From contig JADKHK010000007.1 of assembly GCA_016721845.1 (NCBI GenBank), positions 112,067-176,066 of the forward strand: a stretch of DNA of 64,000 nucleotides, read 5' to 3'. The DNA is from Lysobacterales bacterium. Lineage in GTDB: Bacteria > Pseudomonadota > Gammaproteobacteria > Xanthomonadales > Ahniellaceae. Shown piece by piece: positions 57,374 through 64,000 of this stretch. The notes under the pieces were generated by a model. It had not been told where the DNA came from. It saw nothing but the letters and a program-made list of their open reading frames with translations, and did not search any database. How positions within the stretch are numbered: the first letter of the stretch is position 1; each line of letters opens with the position of its first letter. The position numbers and the translations under genes were made by a program.

Positions 57374-58518
57374 ACGCATTGCTGGTGGTCGGTGCCGGCT
57401 TTTCCGGTGCGGTGCTGGCCCGCGAACTGGCCGAGGCCGGATTCGACACGCACGTCATCGACCAGCGCGATCATGTCGCCGGGCATTGCCACAGCGCGCG
57501 CGACGCCGAGACCGGCGTGATGGAACATGTCTACGGGCCGCACATCTTCCACACCAGCAACGACGCGGTCTGGCATTACCTGCAGCGCTTCGGCGAATGG
57601 ATGCCCTTCGTCAATCGCGTCAAGGCGCGCACCGCACGCGGCATCTTCAGCCTGCCGATCAACCTGCACACGATCAACCAGTTCTTCGGCACCGCGATGG
57701 GGCCGGACGAGGCGCGCGCTTTCGTCGCCCGCCTCGCGGCGCGGGACATCGATGTGCCCGCGAACCTGGAAGAACAGGCGCTGAAGTTCATCGGGCGCGA
57801 TCTGTACGAGGCCTTCTTCCGCGGCTACACGATCAAGCAATGGGGCTGCGATCCGACCGAGTTGCCGGCCGACATCCTCAAGCGCCTGCCGGTGCGTTTC
57901 AACTACGACGACAACTATTACGACAGTCGCCATCAGGCCTTGCCGAAACACGGCTATACCCGCGTCGTCGAGAACATCCTCGATCACCCGCGCGTCCACG
58001 TGACGCTGGCGACGCCGTGGGACGCCGCGATGCAACGCGAGTTCGCGCATGTGTTCCATTCGGGCGCGATCGACGCGTGCTTCGGATTCAGCGAAGGCCG
58101 TCTCGGCTATCGCACCATGCATTGGCAGCGCAGCGTCCATGACGGCGACTACCAGGGCACGGCCATCATCAACTGCCCGACGCTCGACGTGCCCTGGACG
58201 CGCGTGCTCGAGCATCGGCATCTGTCGCCGTGGGCGTCATGCGAGCGCTCGCTCGTCACGCACGAATTCAGCAAGGAGACCGAGGCCGGCGATCTGCCGT
58301 TCTACCCGAAGCGGCTCGCGGCCGATCGCGAACTTCTCGCCCGCTACGTCGCCAGGGTCGAGGCGCAGCGCAACATGACCTTCATCGGTCGCCTCGGCAC
58401 CTATCGCTACCTCGACATGCACCAGGTCATCGCCGATGCGCTGGATCTGGCGCGTGACTGGTGCGCGGCCCATGCGCGCGGTGCGCCTCGGCCGTTGTTC
58501 TCGCGACCGCCGTTGTAG
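57370..58518 (+). CDS. glf: UDP-galactopyranose mutase (382 aa)
   Basis: FAD motif VVGAGFSGAVLARELAE, GPHIFHT, FFRGYTIKQWG, FIGRLGTYRYLDMHQVI. Confidence 0.92.
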   Translation: MNALLVVGAGFSGAVLARELAEAGFDTHVIDQRDHVAGHCHSARDAETGVMEHVYGPHIFHTSNDAVWHYLQRFGEWMPFVNRVKARTARGIFSLPINLHTINQFFGTAMGPDEARAFVARLAARDIDVPANLEEQALKFIGRDLYEAFFRGYTIKQWGCDPTELPADILKRLPVRFNYDDNYYDSRHQALPKHGYTRVVENILDHPRVHVTLATPWDAAMQREFAHVFHSGAIDACFGFSEGRLGYRTMHWQRSVHDGDYQGTAIINCPTLDVPWTRVLEHRHLSPWASCERSLVTHEFSKETEAGDLPFYPKRLAADRELLARYVARVEAQRNMTFIGRLGTYRYLDMHQVIADALDLARDWCAAHARGAPRPLFSRPPL

Positions 58519-58540
58519 CCGATCGCGCGCCGGACCGATC

Positions 58541-58576
58541 GGCGCATCCGGACTCTTCCGAGCAACCGGATGCGCC
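58541..58576. terminator. bidirectional terminator hairpin between convergent glf and the BON gene
   Basis: GGCGCATCCGG - 14 nt - CCGGATGCGCC, a perfect 11-bp stem. No U-tract. Confidence 0.5.
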
Positions 58577-58600
58577 TCGTGGCGAACGGCCGCGCGACCC

Positions 58601-59209
58601 TTACTGGACGATCAGCTCGTCGGCATCCACCGTCCGCACGCCCTTGGTGTGGCTGGCGATGCGGATGGCTTCATTGCGCGCGGTCAACGACGGCACGGTG
58701 CCCTTCAGGCTGACGATGCGATCTTCGGTATCGACATCAATCTTCATGCCCGGGGTGACGTCGTCGGCGAGCAACTGGCTCTTCACCTTGCCGGTGATCC
58801 AGGCATCGCTGACTTCGTCGCCGGCTTCCTCGGCCGCTTCCCGCACTTCGCCGGAGGCCGTCGCGGTATTCGCATCCTGGCGGCGCTCGCTGCCGTCTGC
58901 GGCAATCACGATGTCGTTGTCGACCGAGCGCACGCCCTTGACCTTGCGTGCCAGTTCGGTGGCCGCCAGCTTGTCGGCCAGCGTGTCAGCGCCGCCGCGC
59001 AGCGTGACGTTGCCGTTGCGGGTGTCGACATTGATGTCGAAGCCTTCGGTGCGCTTGTCGGCGAGCAGCTCCGTTTTCACGGCAGCGGTGATGCTGGCGT
59101 CGTCGATGGTTTCCCCGAGTGAACGATCGGGTTCGCTCGCGATGACATTGCCGACGCCCAGGATGGCAGCAAAGGCCGATGCGATCAGGGTGGTGCGAAG
59201 CATGTTCAT
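58601..59209 (-). CDS. periplasmic protein with two BON domains (OsmY-like), 202 aa
   Basis: Signal peptide. Two copies of DxxITxxVKxxLxxD...IxVxTxxGxVxLxGxV...A...A..VxGVxxVxN. Confidence 0.88.
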   Translation of the reverse strand: MNMLRTTLIASAFAAILGVGNVIASEPDRSLGETIDDASITAAVKTELLADKRTEGFDINVDTRNGNVTLRGGADTLADKLAATELARKVKGVRSVDNDIVIAADGSERRQDANTATASGEVREAAEEAGDEVSDAWITGKVKSQLLADDVTPGMKIDVDTEDRIVSLKGTVPSLTARNEAIRIASHTKGVRTVDADELIVQ

Positions 59210-59276
59210 GGGGTCTCTCCTTGGTCAGACATTCAAAGGCAAGCCGCCGCTTCCGACGGCAACGGCCGGGTGCGGA

Positions 59277-59711
59277 TCAAGCCTCCAGTCGGGCCCGCAA
59301 CGCACCCACCGCGTTCGAACACGCGCGCAGTTGCGGCGCGTGGTAATTCAGGATTTGCAACAAGGTCGGATCATTCGCCGCCCGCAAGGCGTCTTCGAAG
59401 GCGAGTTCAAACTGCAGCTCGCGGTCGGCCAGGTGGCGGATGTAGATGGTCTCGTCGTCGTCGCATACGGTCGCTTTCAGATTCGTCCACAGGTTGGACG
59501 CGAAGCCGGTCACCGTGCCGACCGGCGCAATCAGCCAACGGTGGTAGCCGGCGAGCCACCGCAAGGAGCCGAGCAGCTCGCGTTTTGCGGCGGCCGTCTG
59601 CGCCACCAGTTCACGGACCCGTGCGCTGCCGAGTTCGCCGAGCGCGTCCTCGCACAGGCCGAGGCCGTCGGCTGCCAAGTGCATCAATCGCATCGCAATG
59701 GTCGTATCCAT
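59277..59711 (-). CDS. PA2169/DUF2383-like four-helix-bundle protein (144 aa)
   Basis: Internal ATG of track ORF 59277..59873. All-helical, with a HRWL...IYIRHLADRELQFELAFEDAL pattern. Confidence 0.6.
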   Translation of the reverse strand: MDTTIAMRLMHLAADGLGLCEDALGELGSARVRELVAQTAAAKRELLGSLRWLAGYHRWLIAPVGTVTGFASNLWTNLKATVCDDDETIYIRHLADRELQFELAFEDALRAANDPTLLQILNYHAPQLRACSNAVGALRARLEA

Positions 59712-59745
59712 GGGCGTGCACCTCGGTCGGAAGTCGTCGGTCCGC

Positions 59746-59913
59746 TCACGGCATCGGGGTCTTGCGCCCGGTGATGGCGGCGATCGCGAACAACACGATG
59801 AAGACGAAGAACAGGATCTTGGCGATCCCGGTTGCGGCGCCGGCGATGCCGCCGAATCCGAGTACGGCCGCAACCAGGGCGATGATCAGGAAGGTGATGG
59901 CATAACTGAGCAT
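59746..59913 (-). CDS. DUF1328 / UPF0391 small membrane protein (55 aa); absent from the ORF track (below its length cut-off)
   Basis: Own translation: [55 protein letters not shown], preceded by AAGGAGA. The GFGGIAG core is the family hallmark. Confidence 0.8.
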   Translation of the reverse strand: MLSYAITFLIIALVAAVLGFGGIAGAATGIAKILFFVFIVLFAIAAITGRKTPMP

Positions 59914-59997
59914 GGGAGGTCTCCTTGCGATGCTGCTGCGCTGACCGGGTTGGTCATGGCGACTGCCGCATGTTGCGGACCAATGATCAATCGCTTT

Positions 59998-61212
59998 TCA
60001 ATCAATGGCTTGGGGCGAGGCGTCGGTGGCATCCTGCACGCTGCGGTGGCTGCGGCCTTGCGAAATGCGGGGTCCGTCTTCGAGGATCAGGGCCAGCCAG
60101 CGACACGCGGTCACGTGTTCGCACACCGTCTTCAGGCAGACCAGCATCGGCACCGCCAGCAGCAGGCCGGCCAGGCCCCACATCCAGCCCCAGGCCATCA
60201 TCCAGACCAGCACCGCGACCGGATTCAGGCGCAGCTGCCGACCGAGCAGTTGCGGTGTGACCAGCTGCCCTTCGATCGTCGTCAACAGCAGGAAGGCCGC
60301 CGCTGGCATCAGGCCTTGCGACAGCGTGTCCGCCTGCTGCAGTCCGACCATCGCCAGCAATACCGCCACCACGGTCGCGCCGACATAGGGAATGAAGTTG
60401 GACAGTCCCGCAAACACGCCCCACAGCAAAGGGTCGGGCAAGCCCATCGCCCACAGCACGGCGGTCGTCAGCAGCGCGAGACCGGTGTTGATCGCGACCG
60501 TGGTCGCCAGATAGCGGGCGGTGCCATGCTGGATCTCGCGCACGATGCCGACCACGCTGCGCTTGCGTCCGAGCGTCGGCGCCAGCGTGACCGCCTTGCG
60601 CAGCAACGCGTCGCCATGCACCAGCAGGAAATAGCTCAGCAGCAGGATCACCACGGCGTTGAGCACCAGTTCCGGAGCGCGCTTCAGCATGCCCACCAGG
60701 CTGAGGTTCGCGGGGTCGGCCGTCGCGACTTGCGGCCCGCCGTTCGCCAGTTCGGCCAGCGGCGCCACGGCGCGCGAGACCTCGGCGATCGGCGAGGTCA
60801 CGGTCTTCAGCTTCTGGGTGACCGAACGTAGCAATTCGGGCGCATCGTGCACCCAGGATTGCGCAGGCTCGACCAGCGCCGACAGCAGCGCGGTCAGCGC
60901 CATCACCACCACAGCCATCAGCAGGAAGGAGGCCAGGCTGCGCGGCATCAGTGCAGACAGGCGCCCGACCACCGGCGACAGGCTGATCGCGATCAGCGCG
61001 GCCATGGTGAGCGGGATCAGCAGCGCCTGCGCCGCCCACAACACCACCAGCGCCGCCAGCAGCAGCAATGCGACGAGGCTTCGGGAGATGCTGGCGAGGC
61101 GGTCATCGCTCGCGCTGGCCGCGCGGCTCGTCGACGCTTCGGGCAAGTCGTGCATCCAGTCGGGTTCGGATCGGCGCCGCGGCCAGTCGAGCCAGGATCG
61201 TTGCGTGTTCAT
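59998..61212 (-). CDS. AI-2E (PerM/YhhT) family transporter (404 aa)
   Basis: Eight or so TM helices, with GLSNFIPYVGATV and TTIEGQLVTPQLLG motifs. ATGA overlap with the upstream gene. Confidence 0.85.
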   Translation of the reverse strand: MNTQRSWLDWPRRRSEPDWMHDLPEASTSRAASASDDRLASISRSLVALLLLAALVVLWAAQALLIPLTMAALIAISLSPVVGRLSALMPRSLASFLLMAVVVMALTALLSALVEPAQSWVHDAPELLRSVTQKLKTVTSPIAEVSRAVAPLAELANGGPQVATADPANLSLVGMLKRAPELVLNAVVILLLSYFLLVHGDALLRKAVTLAPTLGRKRSVVGIVREIQHGTARYLATTVAINTGLALLTTAVLWAMGLPDPLLWGVFAGLSNFIPYVGATVVAVLLAMVGLQQADTLSQGLMPAAAFLLLTTIEGQLVTPQLLGRQLRLNPVAVLVWMMAWGWMWGLAGLLLAVPMLVCLKTVCEHVTACRWLALILEDGPRISQGRSHRSVQDATDASPQAID

Positions 61213-61472
61213 CGTTTGCTCCTGCGTGGTTCGGCGTGCGCATCGAACGACCGCAGCAGCCGATCCAGCCACGGCCACCACGCCAGTGTTCTTGCGACCG
61301 TTCCAGGTGCGCCAAGCCAGGCACCGAGCAGCAGGCCGGCGATCGCCATCGCGACGACCGACGCGGGCGATCGGCTCAGCTGCTGCCGGCGCGCCTGCCA
61401 CGCCTGTTGATCGGCCGCGATCGCCGCGACCAGGGTCGATTGCGATCGCTGCAGTCGCTGCCAGCGGGTCAC
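61209..61472 (-). CDS. YqjK-like small membrane protein (87 aa)
   Basis: GTG start overlapping the upstream stop (GTGA, 61469-61472). Helical N-terminus (RWQRLQRSQSTLVAAIAADQQAWQ) plus one TM helix. Confidence 0.55.
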   Translation of the reverse strand: MTRWQRLQRSQSTLVAAIAADQQAWQARRQQLSRSPASVVAMAIAGLLLGAWLGAPGTVARTLAWWPWLDRLLRSFDAHAEPRRSKR

Positions 61473-61867
61473 GGCGTGCGTCCGGTCATGAGACCGCGAG
61501 TGCCCGGAAAGGTCATCACCCGCCACGTCGATCCGGCCGCGCGATGCAGCAGGACCAGCAACAGCGCCTGGGCCAGCAGCAATATCAGCCAGGCGAGGTC
61601 GGCGCGATCCATCCACGCGGCCAGCCACTGGTAGCTGCCGACCACGAGGGTGATCCACGACGACACCAGCACCAGCGCCAGCAGCGGCAGCATCCACGCC
61701 AGCCGCTGCAGCCCGAGTCGGAACAACAGGGTCTCCCGCCGCAACAGGCGTCGCCGCAACGCGACACTGCGGCGCGCCGCGACGATCAGCCCGGGCGCAT
61801 CCGGTACGGCCCGGGCGCGTGGCGCGCGATGCGGCGGGCGAACTTTCGGCTGCTCGCCCGCGCGCAT
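61469..61867 (-). CDS. YqjE-like / phage-holin-family membrane protein (132 aa)
   Basis: Two TM helices (WMLPLLALVLVSSWITLVV; LAWLILLLAQALLLVLL). Sits between the DUF883 and YqjK-like genes, as in the E. coli yqjDEK operon. Confidence 0.6.
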   Translation of the reverse strand: MRAGEQPKVRPPHRAPRARAVPDAPGLIVAARRSVALRRRLLRRETLLFRLGLQRLAWMLPLLALVLVSSWITLVVGSYQWLAAWMDRADLAWLILLLAQALLLVLLHRAAGSTWRVMTFPGTRGLMTGRTP

Positions 61868-61870
61868 GGT

Positions 61871-62245
61871 CTAGGCCTTGGCCGCGGCGCGCGTCGACCA
61901 CAAACGCGCGGCAACGAAGCCGAGCGCGACTGCCGACATCAGCACCTGGGTCGGGTGTTCGCGCGCATACGTGACGGCATGCCGTGCGGCGCCGCGGGCG
62001 CGTTGTCCGGCGGTGCTCGCCAGCTCGGACACGGCTTGCTTGGCGTCGGCCATCAACAAGCCGGCCGCAGCGAGGCTGGCCTGCAGGTCATGCGACAACT
62101 GCGCCATCGGTGCCTGCAACGCCACGGACGATCCGTTCATCACGATCGGGCGCGACGATTTCGTCGCGGTCTGTGTTCGTGCCTTGCTGCTGCGGGGCTT
62201 CGCCGTCTTGCGGGGGGTCGTCGTGGATCGGTTCTGGATACTCAT
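61871..62245 (-). CDS. DUF883 (ElaB/YqjD-like) membrane-anchored stress protein (124 aa)
   Basis: Helical N-terminus and a C-terminal REHPTQVLMSAVALGFVAARLW anchor. Confidence 0.75.
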   Translation of the reverse strand: MSIQNRSTTTPRKTAKPRSSKARTQTATKSSRPIVMNGSSVALQAPMAQLSHDLQASLAAAGLLMADAKQAVSELASTAGQRARGAARHAVTYAREHPTQVLMSAVALGFVAARLWSTRAAAKA

Positions 62246-62308
62246 CTCGATACTCCTTGCGCCGGTGACTGGGCTCTCGACCGGAACGGCCGGGCCGACT
62301 CGGAAGAC

Positions 62309-62323
62309 GCAGCAACGGTGCCA
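62309..62323 (-). promoter_or_regulatory. candidate sigma-54 (-24/-12) promoter for the DUF883 operon
   Basis: Minus-strand sequence TGGCACCGTTGCTGC. TGGCAC is perfect, GG-N10-GC spacing is correct, and the -12 element is CTGC versus TTGC. It lies 64 nt upstream of the ATG at 62245 and faces away from the sigma-54 activator gene. Confidence 0.4.
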
Positions 62324-62374
62324 GTGGCGTCGCCGGACACGATCCCAGCGCGATCAAGCGCTTGCGATTTCGCG

Positions 62375-62390
62375 CGGCGTGCAGCTTGCA
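62375..62390 (+). promoter_or_regulatory. weaker candidate sigma-54 promoter upstream of the response-regulator gene
   Basis: CGGCGTGCAGCTTGCA. The -12 TTGCA is perfect and GG-N10-GC spacing is correct. The -24 element GGCGTG has 2 mismatches to GGCACG. It lies 92 nt upstream of the ATG at 62482. Confidence 0.25.
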
Positions 62391-62481
62391 GGATGCGGCG
62401 GGTACGGTCGTGCGCACTGCCGGTCGTCAACGCGGCACCTCCGGGATAGCATCAAGGTTCGCCTCAGCCACGGGAGTCCGC

Positions 62482-63841
<1,360 letters not shown>

Positions 63842-63843
<2 letters not shown>

Positions 63844-63875
63844 AGCGGATGCCTGCGTCGGCAGGCATCCGCTTC
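63842..63875. terminator. bidirectional terminator hairpin
   Basis: GAAGCGGATGCCTGC-GTCG-GCAGGCATCCGCTTC, a perfect 15-bp stem overlapping the TGA of the regulator gene. Lies between convergent genes. Confidence 0.65.
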
Positions 63876-63884
63876 GTCAGGCAC

Positions 63885-64000
63885 TCAAGGCGAGTGGGCG
63901 AGGGCGTCGGCCTTGGCTTCTTCCTCGACCCGAATTGCCCTTGCGTCGGCAACACGGCGCTCGTGTTCGGCCAGGGCATCCGCCTCGCAGGCATCCTTGG
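63885..64000 (-). CDS. 3' end of a minus-strand gene (partial), helical/coiled-coil-like hypothetical
   Basis: Own translation of the minus strand gives ...KDACEADALAEHERRVADARAIRVEEEAKADALAHSP* with strong third-position GC bias and a stop at 63885-63887. Confidence 0.4.
   Translation of the reverse strand, partial: KDACEADALAEHERRVADARAIRVEEEAKADALAHSP

Overview
High-GC (roughly two-thirds G+C) gammaproteobacterial chromosome, Xanthomonadales/Lysobacterales-like by gene content: split glyQ/glyS, Lys-C-type protease, lipase plus Lif foldase, and aadA/Xanthomonas-style attC sites. The window has two parts. (1) Bases 1 to about 7570 are an accessory region. It is an integron gene-cassette array reading left to right; intI is not in the window and should lie left of base 1. 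It has three well-formed attC sites plus several degenerate ones. An IS110/IS1111-type IS sits precisely inside one attC. Frameshifted genes are unusually dense here: IS transposase, DUF5063-like, GFA and PNPOx-like. (2) Bases 7580-64000 are densely packed core-like genes, with many 1-14 nt start/stop overlaps. Contents in order: a split MacB-type ABC exporter with three tandem HlyD-type adaptors, and an orphan GspE-family ATPase. Then glyQS, a wHTH-nucleotidyltransferase/HEPN-like pair wedged between glyS and a stand-alone rtcB, and blc. Then thiolase, an acyltransferase, an AAA+ ATPase, and a 1176-aa Lys-C-like secreted protease coupled to sixA-yceI-PLD. Then a CPA2 K+ antiporter and two secreted repeat proteins. 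Then a 13-kb, nine-gene minus-strand string (RDD-RDD-SpoIIM-DUF4129-DUF4350-MoxR-DUF58-pepN-giant membrane ankyrin protein). Then threonine dehydratase, a GT2-like gene, lipase/foldase, two M16 peptidases, an unknown gene coupled to glf, and a stress-type membrane gene cluster (BON, PA2169-like, DUF1328, AI-2E, YqjK/YqjE/YqjD-like). That last cluster is divergent from a sigma-54 enhancer-binding response regulator. I saw no rRNA, tRNA or CRISPR array. All family names come from motif recognition by eye; no database search was possible. Many long ORFs in the supplied track are antisense artefacts of the high GC content and were not called.
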